Source: an uncultured Pseudomonadales bacterium (GTDB lineage: Bacteria > Patescibacteriota > Microgenomatia > UBA1400 > PJMF01). Taken from it: 64,000 bases of DNA. The notes under the pieces were generated by a model. The model was not told the origin of the DNA and did no database searches. It saw only the letters and a program-made list of their open reading frames with translations. Location of the stretch: positions 9,349-73,348 of the forward strand of contig CAZSJW010000005.1 of NCBI GenBank assembly GCA_964607285.1. Direction: 5' to 3'. The translations under genes were made by a program, and so were the position numbers. This document shows, one piece after another, positions 1 through 9,688 of the stretch; within the stretch, counting starts at the first letter, position 1, and each line of letters starts with the position of its first letter.

Positions 1-475
1 CAATCTGACATGCTTGCTTCACTGAGATAGGAACTGTAACTGAGTTGCGCCAAGTGTTGGTGGGGACGTTCAAGCCATATTTATCAAAGAGAGCTTTGAG
101 TGATGCAATGTGTTGTTCTTCTGCACCTTTGATGATCGAAAATGGCCGCACCTGTCCATACTTTGCCAACACTGCTTCGTAAGTAGAAAGTGCTTTGTAC
201 TCATCTTCAATAGCCATATTCAGTGCCTGCTGCATCTCCTCTGGCAAGTCATCAACCGGATACGCCAAATCTTCTACCGCCAGACAATCATCAGCCAAAC
301 AATTTGCTCTTGTAACCTGGGTATCTATCTGACTACCCTTTTTCTCAGAGCGAATAGTACGCATCGGCAAATTTGAAGTAAACGCAACATATATGGCTGT
401 CACCGCCAATAAGGCGGCTCCAAAATACAGCAAAGTTTTATTAGAAACAGGTGGAAAAGGTTTAGATTTGGGCAT
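1..475 (-). CDS. DUF2202/ferritin-like family protein, partial; N-terminus at 475, runs off the window start
   Basis: The minus-strand translation from the ATG at 475-473 stays open to position 1. It reads MPKSKPFPPVSNKTLLYFGAALLAVTAIYVAF...LNMAIEDEYKALSTYEAVLAKYGQVRPFSIIKGAEEQHIASLKALFDKYGLNVP. That matches my recollection of the DUF2202 ferritin-like signature (AIEDEYKA...RPFSNI...AEEQHI...KYG) and begins with a hydrophobic signal/anchor. It is absent from the ORF track, presumably because no stop lies inside the window. Confidence 0.5.
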   Translation of the reverse strand, partial: MPKSKPFPPVSNKTLLYFGAALLAVTAIYVAFTSNLPMRTIRSEKKGSQIDTQVTRANCLADDCLAVEDLAYPVDDLPEEMQQALNMAIEDEYKALSTYEAVLAKYGQVRPFSIIKGAEEQHIASLKALFDKYGLNVPTNTWRNSVTVPISVKQACQI

Positions 476-580
476 ATATCTATAGTATTCCTATTCGTCA
501 ATGACATGAAAGTTTAGAACTTGCATTTTCACCACAGCTAAGTTCTCGATAGATTAGGCTACAGTTCACCTGAACGGAAT

Positions 581-1318
581 TTACGCACTTCTATTGACTC
601 TTGAAAAGTAACTGAAATTTTTAAACTCTATCTCAGAAAGACTATTGATAATTGAAACACCAGGAGGCAACTCTCCCCTCTGACTAGGGAGCAAATTAGA
701 GTGTCGTTGAATTAAGAATCCTATTGCACCTGCAGGGAGTCCGGAAAAAGCTATGGGTTTGTCGTCAATTAGGCAAACAGATTGTGCTTTAACCGTAGTT
801 CCATCTGGTTGTTGCAAATGGTACAAGCTGTCTGGAGATTGCCAAGAGGTGATAATTGCACCTTTGCTTGTAGTATTCACTATCTTGTATGGACCGGTGT
901 ATCCTGAAGCCTGAATTTTCAACTCTTGCCAATCTCTGCTGACGCCATACGTAAGTACACAATGTGGCAGAAACTTGATTACTTCAAGAAATGTTTGTGC
1001 ATCTTCATATAAAATAGTTTCCCTACCCAACTGGATGAATGTTTTTTTAAAAATGCTTCTTTCGGACTCTGACAATAATCTATAAATATGACTCAATGGC
1101 TCAAATGAACCACCATCATCTTCAGTTTGTTTCTGAGCCACCTTTATTTGTTGGGTAGTAATGCCAACTACGTCTGAAGCAGCATACAAACATTGCATAC
1201 TTGCGTCTACGTCACCCAAAGTTCGATCAAAATCAATTATAAGTAGTTGTTTGAAAGGGACTTCTTTATCTGTGTCGATCTCAGGATTTCTGATCATTTG
1301 CTTACATCCAGTTTTCAA
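581..1318 (-). CDS. HAD-superfamily hydrolase
   Basis: A 245-aa ORF carrying the HAD motif I, LLIIDFDRTLGD (DxDxT), near its N-terminus. Confidence 0.55.
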   Translation of the reverse strand: MKTGCKQMIRNPEIDTDKEVPFKQLLIIDFDRTLGDVDASMQCLYAASDVVGITTQQIKVAQKQTEDDGGSFEPLSHIYRLLSESERSIFKKTFIQLGRETILYEDAQTFLEVIKFLPHCVLTYGVSRDWQELKIQASGYTGPYKIVNTTSKGAIITSWQSPDSLYHLQQPDGTTVKAQSVCLIDDKPIAFSGLPAGAIGFLIQRHSNLLPSQRGELPPGVSIINSLSEIEFKNFSYFSRVNRSA

Positions 1319-1494
1319 TATTCATACATTGTATGTGTGTATTATATAGTCTCTGCACGACCACTCATCATAAAAAGTTTAGATGCATTGTTTGACGTTG
1401 TAAATGTCAATCTGTTGAGAATTGGACAAATAAAACAGGGGATTGTTAATCAAAAGACGGGATTAGAAGCAAAGAGAACAAAGCTTGAATTGAC

Positions 1495-1683
1495 ATGGAT
1501 TCATTAGAAGAAGTACTAGCTTTCACTAGAGATATATTCCAAACTTACAAAGATACGCCAGACTTTATTAAGTGTCATTACTTAAAGTTTTTACACAAGA
1601 AGATTATCATCGAAAATAAGGGGATTTTGGAAACTGTACCAACACCGATTTTCTTGGTTTTGCAATCTAATCAGCAGTTTTAA
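1495..1683 (+). CDS. small hypothetical protein (62 aa)
   Basis: The only non-overlapping ORF in the 370-nt gap between the HAD gene and the tRNA. It has no recognisable motif. Confidence 0.2.
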   Translation: MDSLEEVLAFTRDIFQTYKDTPDFIKCHYLKFLHKKIIIENKGILETVPTPIFLVLQSNQQF

Positions 1684-1697
1684 TAACAAACTGTGTG

Positions 1698-1769
1698 CTC
1701 CCCGACTAGGACTCGAACCTAGAACCCTCTCGTTAACAGCGAGATGCTCTGCCATTGAGCTATCGGGGA
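1698..1769 (-). tRNA. tRNA-Asn (anticodon GUU), CCA end not encoded
   Basis: Reverse complement reads UCCCCGAUAGCUCAAUGGCAGAGCAUCUCGCUGUUAACGAGAGGGUUCUAGGUUCGAGUCCUAGUCGGGGAG. It folds into a cloverleaf with a 7-bp acceptor stem (UCCCCGA/UCGGGGA), a D arm (GCUC/GAGC), an anticodon stem (UCUCG/CGAGA) with loop CUGUUAA and anticodon GUU, a T arm (CUAGG-UUCGAGU-CCUAG) and a discriminator G. The following bases are CAC, not CCA. Confidence 0.85.
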
Positions 1770-1903
1770 TTGGCACAGATGTATCTGCTGCAGGCGCACT
1801 ACAACAAACAAATCTGACGAGTTATTGTAACAAGAGGCATCACAGAACGCAATGACTCTAGCTCCATATCCAAACATCTGCAAAAGACAAACCGTAAAGG
1901 TAT

Positions 1904-2146
1904 CTACTCACGCCTAAAAATCACCTGCTCCACAGATGCAACCATGTCATTTCTTGTATCACATTTGATGCAGTTCCAATCAATCAGCACAGGACCAGAG
2001 GTAATGCCGTGAGGCAAAGACTGTCGATGTATCACACCACACACCCTACAAGCAGACACAGCCTCATACATGACTGGGAATGTAAATTCTATGCTTTTTT
2101 GAACAACTGGTTTCCCAACTCTGCCTGGTGACCGCAAATCAGTCAC
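1904..2146 (-). CDS. small zinc-ribbon protein (CxxC...CxxC), hypothetical
   Basis: An 80-aa ORF between rpoD and the tRNA, with CRVCGV...CIKCD cysteine pairs about 23 aa apart. Confidence 0.35.
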   Translation of the reverse strand: MTDLRSPGRVGKPVVQKSIEFTFPVMYEAVSACRVCGVIHRQSLPHGITSGPVLIDWNCIKCDTRNDMVASVEQVIFRRE

Positions 2147-2302
2147 TGACTCTCCAGCAACATCAACAGTTGGAGGTGTTACCGGTGCATCCTCTTCAGT
2201 GACTGCAGGTTTGGATAAATATTTTTGTAAGTTAGCCCATGCTTCATCTAGGCTTTTTCTGGTGTTCCAGTCATAGCTACCCCTTGAGTGATTAATATAC
2301 TC

Positions 2303-3547
2303 TTACTCCAAAAAGTCCTGCAACTTCTTCCGTCTACTAGGATGCTTCAACTTCCGCAACGCCTTGGCTTCAATCTGCCGAATGCGCTCACGCGTCACGC
2401 CAAACTTGCGCCCAACTTCTTCCAAAGTCATCATTTTGTTGCCACTGAGTCCAAACCGCATCTTCAACACCTTTGCTTCTCGGTCCGACAGTGCTGCCAA
2501 AACCTCATCTACATTCTCGCGCAACATTTGCTGACTAGTTGCCTCGTACGGTGAAACCTGGCGGTCATCGGAAATGAAGTCTCCCAACACACTGTCGTCA
2601 TCACCGTCACCAACTGGTGACTCAAGGGAAGTGGTGTTTTGGGAAATTTTCAGAATCTCGCGAACCTTGTCTGGTTCCATCTCCATAGCCTGACCAATTT
2701 CCTCGGGGGTAGGCTCGCGACCCAAGTCTTGCATCAGGCGGCGGGAAGTGCGCATCAGTTTATTGATGGTCTCCACCATGTGCACCGGAATACGAATCGT
2801 TCGGGCTTGGTCTGCAATCGAACGGGTTATTGCCTGGCGAATCCACCATGTGGCGTAAGTAGAGAACTTGAAACCTTTTGTCCAGTCGAACTTCTCGACT
2901 GCACGAATCAGTCCTTTGTTGCCTTCTTGGATCAAGTCCAGGAACGTCATGCCGCGACCAATGTATTTTTTGGCTATCGAGACAACCAAGCGCAAGTTAG
3001 CGTCAGTTAAGCCTTTTTTAGCCTTCAGATCCCCAGCTTCCACCTGCTGAGCTAGGCGAATTTCTTCCTCGCGATTAAGCAAAGGAATGCGCCCAATTTC
3101 CTTGAGGTACATGCGGACAGGATCGGCCACACTTTTATCACCAAGGGTTGAAAGTGACTCCAATTCCTGTGCTAGAACATCTTCCTCAACAACATCTTTT
3201 TGCTCGGAAACGGACTCAAAAATATCTATACTTTTATGGATAATCTCATCATAAAAATCATCGAGTTGTACTATGTACTGCTCAGGCTCCACAAACACTT
3301 CTAAAATTTCATCTTGGGTGATGTACCCTTGTTTCTTGGCCTTTGTTAGGAGCTTCCGTACATCATCGACTAGAGCTGCTGGTACTTTTTTTGCCTGGCC
3401 AGTTAGACCCAAGGTAAAATCTTGATCAGTAGGCTCTGTAGCCTCAGCTACTGCAATCTCCAAGGCTGGCTCTGCAACAACATTTGATGTGTCTTCTGGA
3501 ACAGTTTTGGGGGCTTTTACTTTGGGAGAGGAAACTTTTTTAGGCAT
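2303..3547 (-). CDS. rpoD: RNA polymerase sigma-70 factor RpoD
   Basis: Carries sigma-70 region 2 ([34 protein letters not shown]), region 1.2/3 blocks and a region 4 HTH ([30 protein letters not shown]). The ORF track extends it to 3715. The probable true start is the internal ATG at 3547 (MPKKVSSPK...), because the upstream 56 aa are Trp/Cys-rich and look like junk. Stop codon is TAA. Confidence 0.9.
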   Translation of the reverse strand: MPKKVSSPKVKAPKTVPEDTSNVVAEPALEIAVAEATEPTDQDFTLGLTGQAKKVPAALVDDVRKLLTKAKKQGYITQDEILEVFVEPEQYIVQLDDFYDEIIHKSIDIFESVSEQKDVVEEDVLAQELESLSTLGDKSVADPVRMYLKEIGRIPLLNREEEIRLAQQVEAGDLKAKKGLTDANLRLVVSIAKKYIGRGMTFLDLIQEGNKGLIRAVEKFDWTKGFKFSTYATWWIRQAITRSIADQARTIRIPVHMVETINKLMRTSRRLMQDLGREPTPEEIGQAMEMEPDKVREILKISQNTTSLESPVGDGDDDSVLGDFISDDRQVSPYEATSQQMLRENVDEVLAALSDREAKVLKMRFGLSGNKMMTLEEVGRKFGVTRERIRQIEAKALRKLKHPSRRKKLQDFLE

Positions 3548-3735
3548 AACAACAAAACATAGAACCACCCGCGCCAGCCCTCTAATCGGCCAGCTGTCAA
3601 TACCTATCGAGCGTGAGTACCATGACGTACACCAGGTGTACTCACTGCGGGGGTCATAAGTTTTATAATTATACACTTGAAAGTCTAAAAAGAAAGAGGG
3701 GGGATTGCTAGACATTTCAACTGCACTCGTGCACG

Positions 3736-4053
3736 ATGGAACATGCTATGGCCGAACAAATTTCAACAAGTCCTCCAGTTACTCTAGAGCAAGCCCGCCA
3801 GCTACTGAAACCAGCTGTAATGTATCAGCGCACCGTAGATACGCTGGTCATGGCCTATCAGCAACTGGTTGCAAGAAACCCCACACATCTGGACTCACTA
3901 TCCGAGAAACACCTCCTAACGCTAAGTACCAACCCCAAACTAGAACGGAACAACCCACACAACCTCCCACAGCTCGCCAGCGAGAGTCAGAAGCTAGGGA
4001 CCGAAATCGAAATGAGCAACTGCAATACTGGAAAGATCGCATGGATGCGCTGA
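3736..4053 (+). CDS. hypothetical protein; its N-terminal domain is paralogous to the N-terminus of the 5049..6800 protein; possibly the first fragment of a decayed gene
   Basis: [45 protein letters not shown]...[12 protein letters not shown] aligns with MLEHVSLDLSDTQKLLKSPVTPKEVVDALVMAFLQLSAANH...SEHLKRLSLNHN of the downstream gene. Confidence 0.45.
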   Translation: MEHAMAEQISTSPPVTLEQARQLLKPAVMYQRTVDTLVMAYQQLVARNPTHLDSLSEKHLLTLSTNPKLERNNPHNLPQLASESQKLGTEIEMSNCNTGKIAWMR

Positions 4054-4241
4054 CATCATTTAGCGAGCTGCCAGCATTTGCAAAAGAATTTAGCAGTATT
4101 GTTGTGAACGATATGTTCTTCAGCTTTAGATTTTTCTAAATAGCCAGGAGACTAATTATTGAAGCAATAGACCAGTCACAAGATATAAATGAAATCCTCC
4201 AAGTTATACAAACACTCTACGACAATAACATCATCATTGAA

Positions 4242-4982
4242 TTGCAAAAGGACACACTTATAGAAAAACTGGAAAAAACTGGCGACATGGTTCGAGAACT
4301 GACTGACAGGCTTGCAAAATTAAAGCAAACTACTCTTGAAACACCTCTTGAAGCGTTTCTTCAAAAAACTCTTTCAATACTTCGGACAGCTGAACACCCA
4401 AAAACAAGTACGACACAGTACACATTGTATTTGCAAGACCTCTCTGAAAAAATTGCTACTATTGTGCCTGATAATATTCGTATGTACAGTTCTGCCCTAG
4501 AAGATGCTCTCCAATGTTATGACCTGCAAAAAGGTGTAGATACCCTCTTTAGTGAAGAACTTATTTCCACAAGTTTTTACTACTCGATTTCAAAAAGAAT
4601 TGGACACGCTCGCCTCAAAATAAAAACTGGACAAAATACAGAAAACATGAATCGCGCCTTTGATCTAGAAATCCGAAACATTGAAGATAGCCCACTAGAT
4701 ACTCATCCTAACTCTGTCTTCACAAATATTGTCATCATCGCCACACAAATACTTGAAACCCCAATGTCTGAACAGAAGTACGCAGAGCTGAGAGGAGTAT
4801 TGCTTGCAGTAGCTGCAGCAAAACTCAATGTATACGCACAACATAGAACACGCACAATGACAGAATGCAGCAAACTGAAAGATGCAGTACAAACGCTCAA
4901 CACTGGAGGTATCATTACCTCTGAAGCATTGCAGTACTACAAACAAAAGATACATCAAAAAGAACTTTCACTACGCAGATAG
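4242..4982 (+). CDS. hypothetical protein (246 aa, TTG start); possibly the C-terminal part of the same decayed gene
   Basis: The first start in an open frame is TTG at 4242. That frame is open from 4140 and is the same frame as ORF 3705..4139, separated from it only by the TAA at 4137-4139. Confidence 0.4.
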   Translation: MQKDTLIEKLEKTGDMVRELTDRLAKLKQTTLETPLEAFLQKTLSILRTAEHPKTSTTQYTLYLQDLSEKIATIVPDNIRMYSSALEDALQCYDLQKGVDTLFSEELISTSFYYSISKRIGHARLKIKTGQNTENMNRAFDLEIRNIEDSPLDTHPNSVFTNIVIIATQILETPMSEQKYAELRGVLLAVAAAKLNVYAQHRTRTMTECSKLKDAVQTLNTGGIITSEALQYYKQKIHQKELSLRR

Positions 4983-5048
4983 TTAGTGTTCCTCACTAAA
5001 ATAATAGCTAGACAATAACAACACATTACTGCACAATTACCTATAAAT

Positions 5049-6800
5049 ATGCTTGAACATGTATCATTAGACCTTTCAGACACGCAAAAGCTACTGAAAT
5101 CTCCTGTCACCCCAAAGGAAGTAGTAGATGCACTCGTCATGGCGTTTTTACAACTGAGTGCCGCTAACCATGCTCTACCAGATGACAAACAGTCAGAACA
5201 CTTAAAACGATTGAGTCTCAACCACAATGATACCCAATCCCGCCGTTGGCTAAGCAGCCAGCTGGAGAGACTTCTAAAGCAAACCAGAGAGTCAGGCTCG
5301 AGCACCAAAGAAACAAAAATAGTTGATTTTCTCAACACATTTGAACAAAGAGTACAGGGTATTAGGTCATATCGATACGTCAGAGAGATTGATCTCTCGG
5401 GCACGGTGCAAAGAAGCTCTGTCTCACAAGAAGACTGCTATCAAGTACTTGGAGTAGACAGAAATGCTGACGTGAAAGCAATTAAGCAAGCCTATATAGC
5501 GTGTGCCGAAGTGCTCAGGCCTATCATCGAACAGCAAGATGGTGAGCTCAGTGCAGATGTAAAAAAACGAGCAAATGATGCACTCAAACGTATCAACAAT
5601 GCCTGGGGGGTGCTCAGAGACCCCAGACAAAAATCTGACTTTGACAGTGAACTAACATTTTCTGGTGGTACAAGCTATCAGTGGAATCAAACTACAACCC
5701 AACGCCCTCCTGAACCTGCACCCACTAGAGAAAGACCAAGGCCCACAGAACGAACAGATGGCTGGCAATCATTCACTGTGCAGGATTGGATGAACTATAT
5801 CGATAGGCTGGTTTCGTTTCGTGAGCTAACTACAGTTGTAAACCAACTTGAAAAAGCCACATACTCAACACTCTCAATGGTGGATGCAGATAGAGTAGCG
5901 AAAATATTTAAACAAAAAGCAATCAAACTCATTGAAACAGCAGCAGACATAGCTAGTACCACGGAAGATAGGGATGAAATAAGAAAAGTGGTTTTCCATC
6001 TTCACATCAGGTCTATTTTTACCAATGAGGAAAGAGATCGTTTATATGCACTTAGCGCAATTGCCTCCTATAGGAGGGATATTCTCATTGAATTAAAAGA
6101 TATTCAAGACCTTTCTGAAGATACACCATTCACTGAGGTGGTAGAAAAAATTCTTTCTCTCAATAGAGTGTTTGCATTTATTGATGCTATCAATAGCAAA
6201 ACAGCTGAGAAGCTATCTGATCTAAAAGAAATGCTTGCTAATCTTACACGAAGCATGGTAAAAAAGTACGGTTCAGGGCTTCAGAATGCAAAAGAGTGTT
6301 CTGACTTGCAGGTGGGAATTGCCGTGCTCTTGCAGGAAGAGCTTATATCAGAACGGTTGTATACCTCGACTGTGTCTCAAATCAATGAGTTCTTGGAAAG
6401 GCAGGAATTAAGTCACACAGGGAATGAAGAAATTAGCAAATGGTTTGAACTTGCCATCGACCAAATTTTCAATATGTGGGTCAATACAGACCCAAAAATT
6501 ATGTTTGAAAACGTCAGTCATGCACATAAGCAGCTAGAAAAAGCAAGGCGAATAAAGAAGATAACAAACAAAGCATATGAGGATCATCTCGATGCATTAC
6601 GAAGTGGCCTTGATGCAAAAATCAAATTGTATATACGAGCAAACACTAACACACTTGATGAGCTTGCTTCATTAGCAATAGACATAGACCAACTGTTTAC
6701 TGATCAAGTAATTGACAATATAAACTATAGAGAGTACATAACTCTGATAGACAAAAAACGAAAAAAGGACTTCTCTTGGTGGAAAAAAGGGTTTCTTTAG
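5049..6800 (+). CDS. hypothetical protein with a J-like (DnaJ N-terminal-like) domain lacking the HPD motif
   Basis: Residues ~128-200 read DCYQVLGVDRNADVKAIKQAYIACAEVLRPI...ALKRINNAWGVLRDPRQKSDFD. This is the J-domain helix II/III pattern (DYYxxLGV...IKKAY...(HPD)...INxAYxVLxDxxxRxxYD) with HPD replaced by LRP. The rest is alpha-helical with no recognised domain. Confidence 0.7.
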   Translation: MLEHVSLDLSDTQKLLKSPVTPKEVVDALVMAFLQLSAANHALPDDKQSEHLKRLSLNHNDTQSRRWLSSQLERLLKQTRESGSSTKETKIVDFLNTFEQRVQGIRSYRYVREIDLSGTVQRSSVSQEDCYQVLGVDRNADVKAIKQAYIACAEVLRPIIEQQDGELSADVKKRANDALKRINNAWGVLRDPRQKSDFDSELTFSGGTSYQWNQTTTQRPPEPAPTRERPRPTERTDGWQSFTVQDWMNYIDRLVSFRELTTVVNQLEKATYSTLSMVDADRVAKIFKQKAIKLIETAADIASTTEDRDEIRKVVFHLHIRSIFTNEERDRLYALSAIASYRRDILIELKDIQDLSEDTPFTEVVEKILSLNRVFAFIDAINSKTAEKLSDLKEMLANLTRSMVKKYGSGLQNAKECSDLQVGIAVLLQEELISERLYTSTVSQINEFLERQELSHTGNEEISKWFELAIDQIFNMWVNTDPKIMFENVSHAHKQLEKARRIKKITNKAYEDHLDALRSGLDAKIKLYIRANTNTLDELASLAIDIDQLFTDQVIDNINYREYITLIDKKRKKDFSWWKKGFL

Positions 6801-6838
6801 GCAGTTGTGGAGATCTACCAGACTCAACAGCAGAAGCC

Positions 6839-8155
6839 CTACACCGTCCCCCGCACCATCATAGCATCCACTACCGCCCTGACTGCTCCAGAATAGGTAG
6901 CCATACGGGCACTCACTCCTGTTTTTTCCTTCAGTTGCCACATTTGATCAAATGAGTGCTCCATCAGGGGCTGCAGTTTTGCAAGAACCTCATCCTTAGT
7001 CCAATAATACCCTGCTAAGTTCTGCACCCACTCAAAGTAAGAAGTTGTTACTCCACCAGCATTTGCCAGAACATCAGGAATTGAGATTACTCCTGCCTTT
7101 TCTAGAATTGCATCTGCCTCAGGCGTGACGGGACCATTAGCCATCTCAATAATTGCTTTAGCCTTGATTCGATTAGCATTTTCAGCTGTTATCACGTTTT
7201 CTAGTGCAGCTGGCACAAGGATATCTACATCAAGTTCAAGTAATTCTGAGTTAGTAATTTTCTGACCAAGTGAAATGTGGCACTGCTCATCGGTACACAT
7301 ACACTCCTGAATGTTTCCAAACTTCTGTTTGCACTCCAAAGTTTTTTCAGGGTGCATACTTTGCTCAGCCATGTATACGCCACCACTTGAGTCAGACAAC
7401 GCCACTATCTGGTACCCACGCTGGTAGGCATGCCAAGCAAACCAGTAGCCCACATTACCAAAGCCTTGTATAGCAATACGTGCATCCTGCTTGCGCTCAA
7501 AGCCCATTTTCTCTACTAATTTATCTAAGATGTACACCCCACCCAACCCCGTTGCTTCCTCCCGACCCTGCGAGCCACCCAACCCGAGTGGTTTGCCCGT
7601 AAAGCTAGCTAAGGGATTCTCTGAGGTCTTTCCCTGTTCTTTTTGCCATTTTGCATACTCATCCACCATCCAAGCCATTATCTGAGGGGTAGTGTTTACG
7701 TCTGGCGCAGGCACATCCACCCAAGGGCCAATTGCCTCTGCCACAAACCTTGAGTATGCCCGACTTAGTCGTTGCAGTTCACCTTCACTGAGCTTGCGGG
7801 GATCTACTACTACGCCCCCTTTACCACCACCATACGGAATGCCTGTGACAGCACACTTCCACGTCATCCAAGTAGATAGAGCCATCACTTCTTCTTTAGT
7901 CACGTCCTGGTGAAACCTGATACCACCCTTGTACGGCCCGCGGGCCGCATTGTGCTGCGCACGAAATGCTTTAAATGTTTGTTGTGCTCCTGAATCCATC
8001 TCAATACTCAGATCAGCTTCCAACACACGCTCGGGCTGCTGCAACTGGGTAATTGCCGCATCAAATCGTTTGCGCTCAGCCTCAGGATATTGATCTCGCA
8101 GCAACGCCGCTACCTGCTCGAGTTGCTTGATCGCACTTTGGTGTGGATTGGTCAT
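6839..8155 (-). CDS. gdhA: NAD(P)-specific glutamate dehydrogenase
   Basis: Carries the Glu/Leu/Phe/Val dehydrogenase signature KGGIRFHQDVTKEEVMALSTWMTWKCAVTGIPYGGGKGG and a C-terminal Rossmann domain (GFGNVG). Confidence 0.9.
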   Translation of the reverse strand: MTNPHQSAIKQLEQVAALLRDQYPEAERKRFDAAITQLQQPERVLEADLSIEMDSGAQQTFKAFRAQHNAARGPYKGGIRFHQDVTKEEVMALSTWMTWKCAVTGIPYGGGKGGVVVDPRKLSEGELQRLSRAYSRFVAEAIGPWVDVPAPDVNTTPQIMAWMVDEYAKWQKEQGKTSENPLASFTGKPLGLGGSQGREEATGLGGVYILDKLVEKMGFERKQDARIAIQGFGNVGYWFAWHAYQRGYQIVALSDSSGGVYMAEQSMHPEKTLECKQKFGNIQECMCTDEQCHISLGQKITNSELLELDVDILVPAALENVITAENANRIKAKAIIEMANGPVTPEADAILEKAGVISIPDVLANAGGVTTSYFEWVQNLAGYYWTKDEVLAKLQPLMEHSFDQMWQLKEKTGVSARMATYSGAVRAVVDAMMVRGTV

Positions 8156-8197
8156 GTCTCTCTTTCACTTTCTGGTTTTTATAACCCGATTACGAAC

Positions 8198-9259
8198 TTA
8201 CTGTCGTTCTAGCCACCGTTCCACATCGAGTGCTGCGCTACAGCCCTGTCCAGCAGCTGTGATTGCTTGCTTGTAGCGCACATCGACATTGTCACCTGCG
8301 GCAAAAACACCTTCAACTGAAGTCATAGTGGGATAGGCAATAAGACCTTCTTCAGTCAGAGCAGCTTGTGCTGCATCCAACCCAATTTTGGTAGCACTCT
8401 GGCGAGTCACCAAGTAGTCATGACCATCCAACTGCACTTGATCTGCAAAAACTTGGGTGGTGGGTTTATGGCCAATCGCCATAAACACGCCCTCTGCTGG
8501 CAGCTCTTTTTCCACCCCATTTTCGTTTATCTTGATTTTTTCTACCTTTTCTGCACCAAGTATCTCTAGCACCTGTGTGTTCCATAGTACCTTGATTTTA
8601 GGATTGGCTAACACGCGCTCTTGCATAATCTTACTAGCTTTAAACGAGTCTCGGCGGTGTAGGATAGTCACGCTTTTGGCAAACTTGCTTAATGCCGTGG
8701 CATCTTCCATAGCACTGTCTCCACCACCTACTACAAACACAGTTTTCTCTTTAAAAAACGCAGCATCACACACAGCGCAAGTGCTCACGCCTTTTGAGAG
8801 CAACTCTTTCTCACCAGGCACTCCTAGCATAATCGAGGAAGCACCAGTGGAAAGTACCACCGCATCTGCCGTCCATTGTGGTTCTGTCTTCCGTAGTGTG
8901 GTCATGACTTCATGTAACTCTTCAGGTTTACCCATTTTGTACAGTTCATAGGGCGTGCCGTCAGGTAGCTCAGTCCAGATCTTAAACGGTCTTTGACTAA
9001 AATCTACAGCGGTAACCAACTCATCTCGCATCACCGCCCCAAATCGCTCAGATTGTGCACGCATGGCAAACATTAGTTCAGGCCCCTGAATTCCCTCAGC
9101 AAACCCTGCAAAGTTCTCAACCTCAGTGGTGTACATGAGCTGACCACCACTTTCAGGCCCGGTGAAGACTGTGGGAGCAAGCAAGGCTCGGGCTGTATAG
9201 ACAGCTGCTGAGTACCCAGCTGGTCCTGATCCAATAATTGCAACTTTTGTATGTGCCAT
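8198..9259 (-). CDS. trxB: thioredoxin-disulfide reductase
   Basis: FAD motif VAIIGSGPAGYSAAVYTARA, redox-active CAVCD, NADPH motif VVGGGDSAMEDA. The ORF track starts at 9301 and overlaps trxA. The likely start is the internal Met at 9259 (MAHTKVAIIG). It contains a ~30-aa insertion (LPDGTPYELYKMGKPEELHEVMTTLRKTEPQW) relative to the classical enzyme. Confidence 0.85.
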   Translation of the reverse strand: MAHTKVAIIGSGPAGYSAAVYTARALLAPTVFTGPESGGQLMYTTEVENFAGFAEGIQGPELMFAMRAQSERFGAVMRDELVTAVDFSQRPFKIWTELPDGTPYELYKMGKPEELHEVMTTLRKTEPQWTADAVVLSTGASSIMLGVPGEKELLSKGVSTCAVCDAAFFKEKTVFVVGGGDSAMEDATALSKFAKSVTILHRRDSFKASKIMQERVLANPKIKVLWNTQVLEILGAEKVEKIKINENGVEKELPAEGVFMAIGHKPTTQVFADQVQLDGHDYLVTRQSATKIGLDAAQAALTEEGLIAYPTMTSVEGVFAAGDNVDVRYKQAITAAGQGCSAALDVERWLERQ

Positions 9260-9284
9260 ACGTGCTTTCTGAGAAACGGTATTG

Positions 9285-9653
9285 TTAGTCGTTTGAAACA
9301 ACTACTTTGTCTAGTAACTTTCTGTAACCTGGTTCTCCAGGAAAACCGATGACTTTATCAACGGGCTTGCCATCTTTGAATGCAATGACTGTTGGAATAC
9401 TCATTACCCCAAACTTACCAGGTGTTTGCGTGTTTTCATCTACGTCCATTTTAACTATGATGGCTTTATCTGCGTACTCGTCAGATAATTTATCAATAAT
9501 AGGTGCGGCCAAGCGGCAGGGGCCACACCAAGTTGCGAAAAAGTCCACGATAACGGGCTTTTTTTCATCGGCAGCTTTTTTTAGCAGCGTGTCAAAGTCT
9601 GCATCAGTCCAATGTGCTGCACCTTTGTGTTGTGTGTTTTGTTGATCGTTCAT
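9285..9653 (-). CDS. trxA: thioredoxin
   Basis: Carries the WCGPC active site (FFATWCGPCRLAAP) at thioredoxin size (122 aa). Confidence 0.9.
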   Translation of the reverse strand: MNDQQNTQHKGAAHWTDADFDTLLKKAADEKKPVIVDFFATWCGPCRLAAPIIDKLSDEYADKAIIVKMDVDENTQTPGKFGVMSIPTVIAFKDGKPVDKVIGFPGEPGYRKLLDKVVVSND

Positions 9654-9688
9654 ACACTCCTTCTTATACCGAGCTGTGCTCGTATATG

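Noticed and set aside
1591-1776. 61-aa minus-strand ORF overlapping the tRNA-Asn gene
   Set aside because: It coincides with a well-folded tRNA and its translation has no protein-like features. It is an ORF-finder artefact.
2288-3050. Several plus-strand ORFs (88-123 aa) inside and antisense to rpoD, with similar antisense ORFs inside mutS, mutL, gdhA, trxB, argG and the large coiled-coil gene
   Set aside because: All are antisense to strongly supported genes and have low-complexity translations. This is typical shadow-ORF noise.
3705-4139. 144-aa ORF (TTG start) overlapping the 105-aa paralogue gene
   Set aside because: As an independent gene it is unlikely, because the first ~100 residues are compositionally junk-like (S/T/P/R-rich). 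Only its 3' end looks coding, which is better explained by a frameshifted continuation of the 3736 gene.
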